Shown here in pieces: positions 1-9,796 of a DNA stretch of 64,000 nucleotides. A program made the position numbers and the translations under genes. This DNA comes from Marispirochaeta sp. (GTDB lineage: Bacteria > Spirochaetota > Spirochaetia > JC444 > Marispirochaetaceae), in NCBI GenBank assembly GCA_963676835.2, contig CAXXFF010000002.1, forward strand, positions 672,001 through 736,000, written 5' to 3'. Position 1 is the stretch's first letter. Every line of letters begins with the position of its first letter. The notes below the pieces were generated by a model that saw only the letters and a program-made list of their open reading frames with translations, was not told the origin of the DNA and made no database searches.

Positions 1-68
1 CAAGCAGGGCATTTATAAGAGGGCGCCGGGTGTTCCAGATATACCAGCAGCCGTTGTAGGATATAACA

Positions 69-1223
69 ATGTGTGGAGCTTCCATGTTCAGTTTACTATC
101 TCATAAAATAACAGCATTGGGAAAGAGTCTGTTATTTCTTGGATTGGTAAGCCTTATACTTTCCTGTGTAAGCGAAACCTGGGGAAACAGTTCGGATGAA
201 TTTATTCCCCAGCGGGAAATACTGCTATCGGTGATTGATTCTCATCGGCAGGCGGGGATTGCAGAACAGCGGACACTGCTGCATTCAATGTTTCCCGAAA
301 GAAAAATAATGACTACTCCAGACAGCGTTCTTGCGCATAGGGCGGAACGAGGGGAGCTCAATATTGCCAGCGCTGCCTGGTGGGGATGGAGCGGAAGTAA
401 TGCTACAGAGATTCTGCAGCAGGCATTTTCCACCCGGCTGGATATCCTGGTTGTTCCTGCAATGGATGGTCCCTGGTTTTGTGATCCCCTTACAATTGAT
501 GGCCCGAAACAGATAATTTTTGAACCAGGGGCAGAGCTTTCTGCTATAGAAGGCGGATTTCATAATCAGCGGGAATCCCTGGTAACATTGTTCCGGCAGT
601 CCGGGGTCCAGATGACGGGCTATGGTGCCTGTTTGAGCATGAACCGTGATGATTATTCGCGGAAACCCTACGAATGGTCCCAATGGCGGCATGCTCTGGC
701 TCTGCTTGAGTCTCAGGATATTGTAATCGAAGGATTCACCATTAAAGAGTCCGGCGGCGACGGCGTGTATGTCGGGCAGAAAAAAGGCGGATTCATTCCC
801 AGGAATATTCACCTGAAAGATCTGTACCTGCTGGATAACTACCGCCAGGGAGTTTCTGTTATTTCGGCTGACGGATTTCTCCTGGACCATTGTTATATTT
901 CCGGAACCAGGGGTACTCCGCCTATGGCGGCAATTGATTTTGAGCCCAACAGCGGCCTCTACGGCCTGACAGCCTGTACGGTCTCCCGCTCTCTGTTTGA
1001 AAAGAATTCCGGTGCAGCCCTTACCATTCATCTGCCCAATGTTTCAGGGTACCACCCCCCGGTTTCAATCAGTATTGAGGATTCCTGTATTCTGGGATAT
1101 CCCTTGTCTGCCTGGATCCATGGTTTCGGGAATGGGGTAAACGGCAGGTTGTCTTTCAGCAACTGTCTGGTCCGGGGAATAGGCCTTACCGGACGTTCAA
1201 AGAATTTTACCATTAGCCGCTAG
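69..1223 (+). CDS. Exported right-handed parallel beta-helix (pectate-lyase-like) protein
   Basis: N-terminal hydrophobic/lipobox-like segment (LILSC). Beta-helix motifs GGDGVYVG, NYRQGVSVIS and AAIDFEPN. Start could be 84. Confidence 0.7.
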   Translation: MCGASMFSLLSHKITALGKSLLFLGLVSLILSCVSETWGNSSDEFIPQREILLSVIDSHRQAGIAEQRTLLHSMFPERKIMTTPDSVLAHRAERGELNIASAAWWGWSGSNATEILQQAFSTRLDILVVPAMDGPWFCDPLTIDGPKQIIFEPGAELSAIEGGFHNQRESLVTLFRQSGVQMTGYGACLSMNRDDYSRKPYEWSQWRHALALLESQDIVIEGFTIKESGGDGVYVGQKKGGFIPRNIHLKDLYLLDNYRQGVSVISADGFLLDHCYISGTRGTPPMAAIDFEPNSGLYGLTACTVSRSLFEKNSGAALTIHLPNVSGYHPPVSISIEDSCILGYPLSAWIHGFGNGVNGRLSFSNCLVRGIGLTGRSKNFTISR

Positions 1224-1314
1224 TGTGGTAATATTTTGTCTGACTATGGAAAAGTTTCCGGTTTTCTGTAATAGTAGCACACTGTAAAAAGGTACCGTTC
1301 CAAGGAGATTCCCT

Positions 1315-2979
1315 ATGCGCCGCATTCTTGTATTTTGTCTTTTAATTCTGCCGGTGGCAGTATTTGCCCTGAATATAACTGACCCGCTGGCCGACATATA
1401 TGACGATGTTCAGGTGTGGTATGAAGCCGGCCTTGTGTACGAGGTGCCTTCCCTGCGTCCGTATCCGGCCCAGGTGATGGTTAAGGTTCTTGAGGATGTA
1501 ATTGAGAACTCCGCCACGCCTGCAGCGGAACGGAAGCGGGCGGAAGCATACCTTACGGAGCTTACAGGTACCGACATCGACCTTGTCTGGGGCGGTGAAG
1601 CCCAGCTGAAAAGCGGCGAGGATGAAGAGTATTTGTGGGGAATTCTTGGAATTGAGTACAATACCTGGTTCAATGACTATATTGCCCTGAACGGGGAATG
1701 GCTTGCCATGGGCAAATACGAAGGCACCGGCTATTATGCCGCCGGAGAGAAAAGTCCCCTGGACAGCTTCGACGATAATGCCGAGGCGAATATCAAGGGA
1801 CGAACCATAGAACTGCGGCAGATTCTGACCAATTCCTTCAGCGTCGGTACTGACAGCCTCTACCTGCAGGCGGGAATCCACCGCAGTTCCTACGGCCCTG
1901 TTTTTGACAACGGAGCCGTTCTCGGCGGCTATGCCCATTCGGCCCCCACCTTTGACGTGGTGTATGACAACGGCGGGATGTTCGGCCTGACAACCACCTA
2001 CATGGATCTTACCGCCACTGACTATTACGGCGATGTTTATGATCCCTATCCGGACAAACATATGGTCATGCAGACCTATACCTACCGTCCCAACGACTGG
2101 ATGGAGTTTGAGTTTCTCCAGACTATTGTCTACGGGAACCGCTTCGACCTGACCTATTTTGTTCCCTTCAGCTTCCTCTTCTATAATCAGAACTTTACCG
2201 GCTACGAAGACAACAGCCTCATGGGGCTCTCCATGGCTCTGGACCTGCCCAATATGATCGGCGTCAATTCCATGCTTTATATCGATGATGCCCACTTCAA
2301 CGATCTTATAAGGGGTAATTTCGAGACCATGTTCAAGGCTGCCATCGAAACCGAGGTTACCTGGACCCCCATGCAGGATTATCTGCGGCGGGTTTCTCTG
2401 GATTATCTGGCTATTATGCCCTATACCTTTGCCCATAAGAGTGACCGGTATGATGATGAGATATATCCTTCTTCAAATGCAGCGGAATATGAAGCATGGT
2501 TGTCTGAAAATGCCAACTATCTGAACTATACCACCTACGGTGAAGCTCTGGGCGCGGTACTGGATCCCAACTCGGACCGGCTTACCCTTAAGTACTCCAT
2601 GCGACCCCTGCCCGAGCTGGATGTCAGCTTTATCGGGCGCATGATCCGTCACGGCAATCCCAGTGAGGATGAAGCAAATACAGTTCATGATATTTATAAT
2701 GATGGTACTATTTTTGATGACGGCTACGATGAAAACGAGGACCACTCCTTCAAGGAGTTCAAATTTCTCACTCAGGATGCTATCGAGTACACCCTGGTAG
2801 GCGGCTTTGATGCCACCTACACCTTCGACCTGGAACCCCACAGGCTCTCCCTGCTGCTTGGCTACCGGCTTGAGCATATCCGCAACCAGCGGAATGCTTC
2901 TACGGGAACACCGGTCATGGGGAACAACGAAACCAACCACTACGTAATGGGCGGATTTATCTACTCCTACTCATTCTAG
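1315..2979 (+). CDS. Putative outer-membrane beta-barrel protein, capsule-assembly Wzi-like
   Basis: Signal peptide, GGAG RBS, N-terminal LRPY motif, aromatic-rich alternating strands, C-terminal Phe (FIYSYSF). Confidence 0.55.
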   Translation: MRRILVFCLLILPVAVFALNITDPLADIYDDVQVWYEAGLVYEVPSLRPYPAQVMVKVLEDVIENSATPAAERKRAEAYLTELTGTDIDLVWGGEAQLKSGEDEEYLWGILGIEYNTWFNDYIALNGEWLAMGKYEGTGYYAAGEKSPLDSFDDNAEANIKGRTIELRQILTNSFSVGTDSLYLQAGIHRSSYGPVFDNGAVLGGYAHSAPTFDVVYDNGGMFGLTTTYMDLTATDYYGDVYDPYPDKHMVMQTYTYRPNDWMEFEFLQTIVYGNRFDLTYFVPFSFLFYNQNFTGYEDNSLMGLSMALDLPNMIGVNSMLYIDDAHFNDLIRGNFETMFKAAIETEVTWTPMQDYLRRVSLDYLAIMPYTFAHKSDRYDDEIYPSSNAAEYEAWLSENANYLNYTTYGEALGAVLDPNSDRLTLKYSMRPLPELDVSFIGRMIRHGNPSEDEANTVHDIYNDGTIFDDGYDENEDHSFKEFKFLTQDAIEYTLVGGFDATYTFDLEPHRLSLLLGYRLEHIRNQRNASTGTPVMGNNETNHYVMGGFIYSYSF

Positions 2980-2996
2980 TTTTAACGGATACTTCC

Positions 2997-4721
2997 ATGA
3001 AGAAAAAAGTCCTCGTACTGACTGCCGTCCTTTACTGGACGGCAGCGGCGTTTGCCCAGAACTTTCAGACTGTTATTCCCTATGATTCGACACAAGTCAG
3101 TAATCTCACTCTTCTCTACCGGGAATTAGGGTTGGTTCTGCCTTCGGATACCGCACCCTGGACGGAGGCGGAGTTCCTTATCATGCTGGACCGGGTGCAG
3201 CGCCGCAGCGGAGAGCTGAGCCGTACTGGTAAGGATTTACTTGCAGGTTTGAGAGAAAGCCTTAAGAAAGATCCCGTGTACAGTGAATCCGGCGGCGATT
3301 TCGCGGCGGATATCAGCTTTGATGTTGCCCTGGAAGGCTATCTGGGGCTTATCGGCGAGAAGGATGAGCGTACCTGGGTCCGGGGCTACGGTGAGCGGGA
3401 ACCCCTTTTCTATATGCCCGCCGAGACCTGGTTTTACGACAGCTTCTATGCGAAGACCAGCCTGACCATTCAGCAGGATTACCTGGCGGTCTTAGGCGAG
3501 CAGGGGAGCGGCACCACCCTGCCGACGGAGTTCAACTTCATCGACAGCAACTACCCCTATCATACGGCCCTCTCCTGGGGGGGCGACCATTGGAACCTGC
3601 GTTTTGCCCGGGAGTCTCTCAACTGGGGCAGCGGAAAAACGGGTAACCTGCTGATCGGTGCCAACGGGGTTTCCCATGATTTTATTGAAGCCACAACTTT
3701 CTGGGAGCGTTTCAAGTTCACCTTTCTCTGGCTGGGAATGGCTAACTATTCATGGTGGGATGATGCAAATGATAATGGGGTTGTCGATGCCGGAGAGATC
3801 GAGACCTATACTGTAGGCGGTCAAACATTTTATAAACCTGTTTACGAAAATAAGAGTGACTTCTTTTCAGCATTCTCCAGTCAGGAGAATCTGCGTCATT
3901 TTCTGGCCCACCGCATGGAGTTTCGTTTTACCGATAAATTCAACTTTACCTTTACCGAAGCGGTTATGTACCAGGACCCTTCCTTTCAGTTTCGCTACCT
4001 CAACCCCATGATGGCTTTTCATAACTGGTACCAGACCGGCAGTGCCAACTACTTCATTACCCTGGAAGGTGATTATCAGGTGCTGCCCGGGCTTCGGCTT
4101 TATGGTCAGTTTCTGGGAGACCAGATTGCATTTTATTTCAACCGCCAGGACGGAACCTACTCCGATGTTCCTCCTGCCATGGGATACCTGGCAGGAATTG
4201 ATTTTTCCCGGGAACTTTCAGGGGGGTATCTCTACGGCGGGCTGGAGTGGGTGAAGCTCGATCCCTACAACTACATCGACCGCTCCGGAATCAATCTCTG
4301 GTATGAGCAGTGGATTATGAGCAATTACATAGGCGGTCATCCGGTGCTGGTCATCCAGCCCCTGGGCTATGAAAAAGGTCCGGATTCCATGACTTTTTAC
4401 GGGGAGATCGGCTACAAAGTGCCGGAAGTCTGGGAGGCGAAGCTCAGCTGTGATTACTCTCTGAAAGGTGAAAACGAGATTACCACCGAGTGGTCCGATG
4501 ATGAGGGTGAGGCTGAGAAAACCACTCCGTCAGGTTCCAATCCCATCCAGAATCTCACCCTTACCCTGGGAGGCAGTCTCTGCGGCCAGGTGGTGAATCT
4601 GCCGGAGGATATGACTCTGGGGAGCAGCATCAGCTGGATTTATATTAACAACTATGATCACATAAAGAACAAGAAGATTTACGATCTGCAGCTTTCCGCA
4701 TCCGTTTCTTTTCAATTCTGA
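2997..4721 (+). CDS. Putative outer-membrane beta-barrel protein, Wzi-like (second copy)
   Basis: Signal peptide (AAFA-Q). Wzi-like segments NWGSGKTGNLLI, HFLAHRMEF, FTEAVMY and YLNP. C-terminal Phe. Confidence 0.6.
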   Translation: MKKKVLVLTAVLYWTAAAFAQNFQTVIPYDSTQVSNLTLLYRELGLVLPSDTAPWTEAEFLIMLDRVQRRSGELSRTGKDLLAGLRESLKKDPVYSESGGDFAADISFDVALEGYLGLIGEKDERTWVRGYGEREPLFYMPAETWFYDSFYAKTSLTIQQDYLAVLGEQGSGTTLPTEFNFIDSNYPYHTALSWGGDHWNLRFARESLNWGSGKTGNLLIGANGVSHDFIEATTFWERFKFTFLWLGMANYSWWDDANDNGVVDAGEIETYTVGGQTFYKPVYENKSDFFSAFSSQENLRHFLAHRMEFRFTDKFNFTFTEAVMYQDPSFQFRYLNPMMAFHNWYQTGSANYFITLEGDYQVLPGLRLYGQFLGDQIAFYFNRQDGTYSDVPPAMGYLAGIDFSRELSGGYLYGGLEWVKLDPYNYIDRSGINLWYEQWIMSNYIGGHPVLVIQPLGYEKGPDSMTFYGEIGYKVPEVWEAKLSCDYSLKGENEITTEWSDDEGEAEKTTPSGSNPIQNLTLTLGGSLCGQVVNLPEDMTLGSSISWIYINNYDHIKNKKIYDLQLSASVSFQF

Positions 4722-4789
4722 CCCGGATATTAGTATATTAACCACAAGGAAACACTATGTTTCCGTCAACTTATATCCGGAGGTTTCAC

Positions 4790-5014
4790 ATGAAGAAAAA
4801 CATGGGCCTTATGGACAGGGGAATACGTATTCTCCTTGGCCTTGTTGTAGTTGTTCTATACGTTAACCAGCTGATTTCCGGTGTTGCTGCAGTAATTCTT
4901 GGAATAATTGCGGTTGTTTTTTTCCTCACCGGTCTCATCGGTTTCTGCCCCCTCTATGTTCCCCTCAAAATTGACACGGGAACAAACAAGGACTATAGCG
5001 GCGACGAGGAATAG
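4790..5014 (+). CDS. DUF2892 (YgaP-like) small membrane protein
   Basis: MKKNMG..DR.IR and TG..GFCPLY signature; GGAGG RBS before ATG 4790. Confidence 0.9.
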   Translation: MKKNMGLMDRGIRILLGLVVVVLYVNQLISGVAAVILGIIAVVFFLTGLIGFCPLYVPLKIDTGTNKDYSGDEE

Positions 5015-5049
5015 CCGTTATAGTAAACCGGTAGAAAGGTGGTCTCCCG

Positions 5050-6135
5050 GTGGATATTATCAAGGACCTTCCCCGGGGCGCCGTACTGCACTCGTACAGC
5101 GCTCTGGATTACTATTATTCAGGAACCCTCTCAAATCCTCTTCATATACGTTTTGCAGGCTCTCTAGCAGATATTGCCCGGGGGTTTGATAATGTCGATT
5201 TTCCCGGCATGGAAGGCTGTGATGCAGCCGCAGGCTTTGATGAATACACCTGTCTTATCAGTTGTATAGATGAAGATGAGCCGGTACGCCGGGAGCCGTT
5301 TACTCTGCAGAACTTCAGCTACAATCCCCACCGCGGGGTGTTTCTCGATCCCTTTAACGTGTATGAGGATGTAAAATCCCGCAGACTTCGGCTGTTTGAT
5401 GAGTCTGCTCTTGATGAGAGAATGGTACTTGCCGGAGCTGTACTCTCATCACGCTACGCCCCCTGGGATGAGGAGTATTACCGCGATGCTCCGGTTCAGT
5501 GGAGCAATTTCAGCACCCTGGAGCAGCGGTTTCTTCTGGAGCAGATCCTCCAGGGGAAGCATGCTCATCGGGGACTGAAGGTTCTCATGGATACCGGTTT
5601 TATCCATAAGTTCTGGCCGGAGCTTGCCTCCATGGGCGGGATTGATCATGCCAAGGAACACCACCCGGAAGGGGATGTCTGGCAGCATACCCTGGAGACT
5701 TTCCGCTATCGGAAAACCACCGATTTTGCTCTTTCTCTGGGACTTTTACTCCACGATGCCGGAAAACCGGAAGCACGGCGGGGCAACGGAAATGCCTTTG
5801 ACCAGCATGCCCAGATCGGAGCTTCCATGGCGCGGCGATTTGTCTCCCGTCTGGGCTTTGACAATGAAATTCTCAGCGAAACTGAGTTTCTGGTACGGGA
5901 ACATATGCTGCCGGCTTTTATTCCGAAACTGCCGGCCTACCGCACGGAAAAGGCGATGTCCTCCCCCTGGTTTCCCAAACTGCTGGAGCTTTACAGATGC
6001 GACCTCTCTTCAACTTTCCGGGGGCCTGATGCCTACTATGAAGCCTGTAAAACCTATCGCCGTTTTCTCAAATATAAGAAAAATCCCTTCCGGACTGCAG
6101 AAGGAAAAAAGCAGCTGCGGCTGTTTGTCGAATAA
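5050..6135 (+). CDS. HD-domain phosphohydrolase related to CCA-adding/poly(A) polymerase enzymes
   Basis: HHPEGDVWQHT, LLHDAGK, EHM and CD HD-domain motifs; N-terminal NTase region looks degenerate. Confidence 0.75.
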   Translation: MDIIKDLPRGAVLHSYSALDYYYSGTLSNPLHIRFAGSLADIARGFDNVDFPGMEGCDAAAGFDEYTCLISCIDEDEPVRREPFTLQNFSYNPHRGVFLDPFNVYEDVKSRRLRLFDESALDERMVLAGAVLSSRYAPWDEEYYRDAPVQWSNFSTLEQRFLLEQILQGKHAHRGLKVLMDTGFIHKFWPELASMGGIDHAKEHHPEGDVWQHTLETFRYRKTTDFALSLGLLLHDAGKPEARRGNGNAFDQHAQIGASMARRFVSRLGFDNEILSETEFLVREHMLPAFIPKLPAYRTEKAMSSPWFPKLLELYRCDLSSTFRGPDAYYEACKTYRRFLKYKKNPFRTAEGKKQLRLFVE

Positions 6136-6189
6136 TTGCCTTTCCCTGGAGTCCCCGTCAGGTTCTTGTGAATAAAGCACCTGTTTTTA

Positions 6190-6218
6190 TTGACATATTC
6201 TTAAACTAACTCTAATCT
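6190..6218 (+). promoter_or_regulatory. Sigma70-type promoter for the DHDPS-family gene
   Basis: TTGACA-17-TAATCT. Confidence 0.55.
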
Positions 6219-6236
6219 ATTCTTCAGGAGAAACAG

Positions 6237-6256
6237 ATATCTGATACATCAGATAT
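6237..6256. promoter_or_regulatory. Palindromic operator candidate
   Basis: ATATCTGAT-AC-ATCAGATAT, a perfect inverted repeat just downstream of the promoter. Confidence 0.6.
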
Positions 6257-6363
6257 TGTTGCTGCGAGACAATCAGACTGACAGAAAATCTGCACAAGTT
6301 ATTTTGTATTACAGAAATTACCGGCTTTGTCAGTCAGTAACACGAAATCCTCAGGGGAATAAA

Positions 6364-7281
6364 ATGAAACAGGAAATCTTTAATGGAATCTACGCTATTC
6401 CGCAAGTATCGTTCAAAGAAAATTATGAAGTTGACTACGATGAAACAATGCGTTGTGTTCAGTTCCTGCTGGACTGTAAGGTTCATGGAATCGTATTTCC
6501 GGTATATGCCTCTGAGGTAAGCACGCTGCTGAAGGAAGAGCGTATCAAGATGGTTCAGATGGCTCTGGAAGTTGTTAAAAAGCAGGTACCGGTGGTAGTG
6601 GGTATTTCTGCCGAAAGAGTACAGACGGTTTTACAGCTGGCGGAGTCCGCCTGTGATCAGGGAGCTGATGCGGTTATTGCCTATAATCCGACTACCTTGT
6701 CTCCGTCTGAAATCGGGGAATACTATAAACAGATTGACAGTGTTATAAACGTGCCGCTTTTTATCCAGAATCTGGGACCTGCCTTCGGCGGAAAATCCAT
6801 GTCGGAAGCTTTAATGAAACAGATTGTCCAGCAGAGTAAAAATCCCTGCTATGTTAAGGAAGAAGGCACAGATTTTCTGAAAGTACTGGAAATAATGACA
6901 GCCTATCAGAAGGAAAACTCAGAAAAGCTTCTGGCAGTATTCGGTGGTCAGGGAGGCAGATTCCTGCTTGAAGAGTACCGCCGGGGTTCAAAGGGAACCA
7001 TGCCCCCTTCCCAGCTTGCAGACGTTATGGTGGATATCTGGAATTTACTTGATGCTGGAAAAGAAGTGGAAGCCTTCGAGCTTCATCAAAAGGTTCTGCC
7101 TCTGCTGCTGTTTTTCGGAAACAATAAAGTACCGTCTTACAAAGAAATCCTTAAACGCAGGGGTATATTCAAAAATACTGCCTGCCGCCCGAAAAGCTGG
7201 CCTGCAATGGACGCAATGGCCAATAAAGATCTTGATTTCCTTATGGAGCAGATTGATCCCTACCTGCGTGTGAGAAGCTAG
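6364..7281 (+). CDS. Dihydrodipicolinate synthase/N-acetylneuraminate lyase family aldolase or dehydratase
   Basis: VPVVVG, GADAV and Schiff-base Lys (VKEE). GTTGE is replaced by VYASE. GGGG RBS before ATG 6364. Confidence 0.85.
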   Translation: MKQEIFNGIYAIPQVSFKENYEVDYDETMRCVQFLLDCKVHGIVFPVYASEVSTLLKEERIKMVQMALEVVKKQVPVVVGISAERVQTVLQLAESACDQGADAVIAYNPTTLSPSEIGEYYKQIDSVINVPLFIQNLGPAFGGKSMSEALMKQIVQQSKNPCYVKEEGTDFLKVLEIMTAYQKENSEKLLAVFGGQGGRFLLEEYRRGSKGTMPPSQLADVMVDIWNLLDAGKEVEAFELHQKVLPLLLFFGNNKVPSYKEILKRRGIFKNTACRPKSWPAMDAMANKDLDFLMEQIDPYLRVRS

Positions 7282-7331
7282 CTGCCGGAATCAAATTCCG
7301 GTTCCTGGATTTTATATGCCCATAACTGTGA

Positions 7332-7360
7332 ACAGGCCCCTGATTTTTTCAGGGGCCTGT
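7332..7360. terminator. Hairpin between convergent genes (bidirectional terminator)
   Basis: ACAGGCCCCTGA-TTTTT-TCAGGGGCCTGT, 12-bp stem. Confidence 0.75.
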
Positions 7361-7366
7361 CTATAG

Positions 7367-8374
7367 TTACCAGCAGGTACACAAAGTTTTGATATTCTCC
7401 AGAGATACATCCACCCCGCCGACGCTCTGTCCTATAAGCCCTCCGCCGTTTACCACAAGACTTTCTTTCATTTTCTTTGCACAGGCACGAATTTCCTCAG
7501 GACCTTTAAAAGCCAGAACCTGCTGGCGGTCAATCTCACCCCAGAAACAGATTTTCCCGGCATAATTCTCGGCGATCTTATCAATATCCATTATCCAGAG
7601 CTGGGTATTAATGGCGTCCACGCCAAGATCGATCCACTCCTGGTAGAGGTCGTAAACATATCCATCGGAGTGAAAAAATACTTTTTTGCCCTTCGATTTT
7701 ATCTTGTCGATCAGCTTCTTATATACCGGCTTGAAGATGTCTCTGAAATCCCTGGGAGAAATCAGCAGACTGATCTGGGAGCCCCAGTCTTCAGTAAAAA
7801 AGATTCCGTCAACATCCTTGTCCAGCCAGTAGTCAAGGTATTTCATAAAGTAGTCTGTGATCCTGTCCACAAATATGTAGAGCTCTTTCTCTTTCATTCC
7901 AAGGTCGAGAAATGTATTTTCCGTACCCCGGACAAACTGCATGCGCTGAAAGGGTTCAACCTTGGCGCCGACAATAAACTTACCTTTCTCTCTGCTCGCC
8001 CGAATTTTTTCTTCTATCTGGGCATCATACTTTTTCCATTCATCATCCAGCCAATCAAGAGGAAAAACATATTCATCTACTTTTGAGAGGTCTTCCAGAC
8101 CGGGTTTCTTGACTTCACCCACCATTCCATTGGCAAGCACAAGCCAGCTGCTGCCCCAGGTGTCGGTGTATTCTCCCTTTGTGGTTGATTCCTTGTAAAA
8201 ATTGCGGTCGCCGGGGCCTGCTATGAGGTCGATATCATTGGGATATTTGTCGGTAATAGCCGTAAGTTGACTGCCGTATCTGTCTTTCGTTGCCTGGTGA
8301 AACCAGAGATTGAGAGGGATCCTGTCGGGATTGGCAAAACTGAGTGTTGCCTCTACGCGTTCTTTACTGGTCAT
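7367..8374 (-). CDS. Uroporphyrinogen decarboxylase/MtaA-CmuA methyltransferase family protein
   Basis: MTSKERV..PDRIP, D.WG, EDWGSQ..LLISP, FFHSDG and CFWGEIDRQ; GGAGG RBS. Confidence 0.85.
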   Translation of the reverse strand: MTSKERVEATLSFANPDRIPLNLWFHQATKDRYGSQLTAITDKYPNDIDLIAGPGDRNFYKESTTKGEYTDTWGSSWLVLANGMVGEVKKPGLEDLSKVDEYVFPLDWLDDEWKKYDAQIEEKIRASREKGKFIVGAKVEPFQRMQFVRGTENTFLDLGMKEKELYIFVDRITDYFMKYLDYWLDKDVDGIFFTEDWGSQISLLISPRDFRDIFKPVYKKLIDKIKSKGKKVFFHSDGYVYDLYQEWIDLGVDAINTQLWIMDIDKIAENYAGKICFWGEIDRQQVLAFKGPEEIRACAKKMKESLVVNGGGLIGQSVGGVDVSLENIKTLCTCW

Positions 8375-8387
8375 ATAGCCTCCACGG

Positions 8388-8419
8388 ATATTGTATGCAA
8401 TATATTGGAGAACTGTCAA
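8388..8419 (-). promoter_or_regulatory. Sigma70 promoter with overlapping palindromic operator
   Basis: Minus strand TTGACA-18-TACAAT; palindrome ATATTG-TATG-CAATAT (8388-8403) overlaps the -10. Confidence 0.6.
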
Positions 8420-8420
8420 C

Positions 8421-8452
8421 AAAAAAAGCCGAGCCCATTGAGCGGGCCCGGC
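8421..8452 (-). terminator. Rho-independent terminator of the aspartate kinase-thrC operon
   Basis: Minus strand GCCGGGCCC-GCTCAAT-GGGCTCGGC followed by T7. Confidence 0.8.
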
Positions 8453-8478
8453 GATTTCATTTCTATCGTAAGATTATG

Positions 8479-9795
8479 TCAGGAGAAATTAGCCAGAAGA
8501 TATTTTTTAAGGTCCTCCAGAGTGTTTCCGGTGACAACAGATTCTTTCTCTAATTCCAGTACATCCTTCAGCTGTTCCGGAAGGGGAGGCTGTTTGCCTG
8601 TGGCTTCCTCCACCACCTCGGTAAACTTACCGGGTGCGGCAGTTCCCAGGCTGATAACTGCAGGCTTGGTGGCTCCGGTAAAACCATCAAGAAATCTTTT
8701 TGCAGATAGATAGCCTACGGCGGTATGGGGGCAGAGAAACTCTCCCTGTTCCTTTTCCACCTTGCCCATGGTTGCCAGAGTCTCCTTGTCGCTTATCCGG
8801 TCTCCCAGAATAATTGCTCCCATCTCCTCCCAGTTACCGTCAAAGATTGCCTGAAGACGCTCGAAGTTGCTGGGATCACCCACATCCATTGCATTGGAAT
8901 AGGTGTGAACCGAAGGGCGCGGTTTGAAAATGCTTGATTCCAGATACTCCGGTACCACGTCGTTGACATTGGTTGAGGCAATAAAGCGTTCCACTTCAAG
9001 TCCCCAGCTCCAGGCCATTACACCTGCAGTGAGGTTGCCGAAGTTGCCGGAAGGAACACAGAACACCAGAGGTGTATCTGCCGGGAGCTGTGCCTTTGCC
9101 CAGATATAATAGAAAGACTGAGGCAGCAGGCGTCCCAGGTTGATGGAATTGGCAGAACTGAGGCGTATAGCTTTGATGAGCTCTGGATCAACAAAAGCCT
9201 CTTTTACCATCCGCTGACAGTCATCAAAGGAGCCTTCAACCTCAAGGGCGCGTATGTTGCCCCCCAGGGTTGTAAGCTGCTTTTCCTGCAGAGGGCTTAC
9301 CCGTCCTGAAGGATAGAGTATCACCACATCTATGTTGGATGACCCGTAGAATGCCCGGGCGACGGCACTGCCGGTATCGCCGGATGTCGCAGTAAGGATT
9401 ACTGCACGCTCATCCTTTCCTGCAAGAATGGAGTCCATTACCGCAGCAAGAAAACTGGCACCAAAATCCTTAAAGGCGCAGGATGGCCCGTGGAAAAGCT
9501 CCATAATGGAGATGCCATCACCCATATCCTTCAAAACCGGACTAAAGGTAAAGGCCCTGTCGCATATTTTCTGTGCTTCTTCCATGGAAAACTCATTGGG
9601 AAGCAGGGCATACAGCGTTTTGGCCGCAATTTCAGTAAAAGGGGTTTCCGGACCGAACTCCCGGAAAAGACTGCTCAGGTCGGGGATGCCGTCGGGATGA
9701 TAGAGTCCTCCATCCGGGGCAAGACCGCGGAAAACCGCCTCTTTAAAGCTTATTTTCTGTTCCGGTGAGCGGGTACTGGCAAATGCGAGGCTCAT
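8479..9795 (-). CDS. thrC: Threonine synthase
   Basis: GLAPDGGL, ELFHGPS.AFKDFG, ATSGDTGSA, SANSIN and VPSGNFGN. Confidence 0.97.
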   Translation of the reverse strand: MSLAFASTRSPEQKISFKEAVFRGLAPDGGLYHPDGIPDLSSLFREFGPETPFTEIAAKTLYALLPNEFSMEEAQKICDRAFTFSPVLKDMGDGISIMELFHGPSCAFKDFGASFLAAVMDSILAGKDERAVILTATSGDTGSAVARAFYGSSNIDVVILYPSGRVSPLQEKQLTTLGGNIRALEVEGSFDDCQRMVKEAFVDPELIKAIRLSSANSINLGRLLPQSFYYIWAKAQLPADTPLVFCVPSGNFGNLTAGVMAWSWGLEVERFIASTNVNDVVPEYLESSIFKPRPSVHTYSNAMDVGDPSNFERLQAIFDGNWEEMGAIILGDRISDKETLATMGKVEKEQGEFLCPHTAVGYLSAKRFLDGFTGATKPAVISLGTAAPGKFTEVVEEATGKQPPLPEQLKDVLELEKESVVTGNTLEDLKKYLLANFS

Positions 9796-9796
9796 A

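Noticed and set aside
6256..6363. Lysine riboswitch or extended N-terminus ahead of the DHDPS-like gene
   Set aside because: The leader is too short and lacks lysine-riboswitch motifs; the RBS supports ATG 6364.
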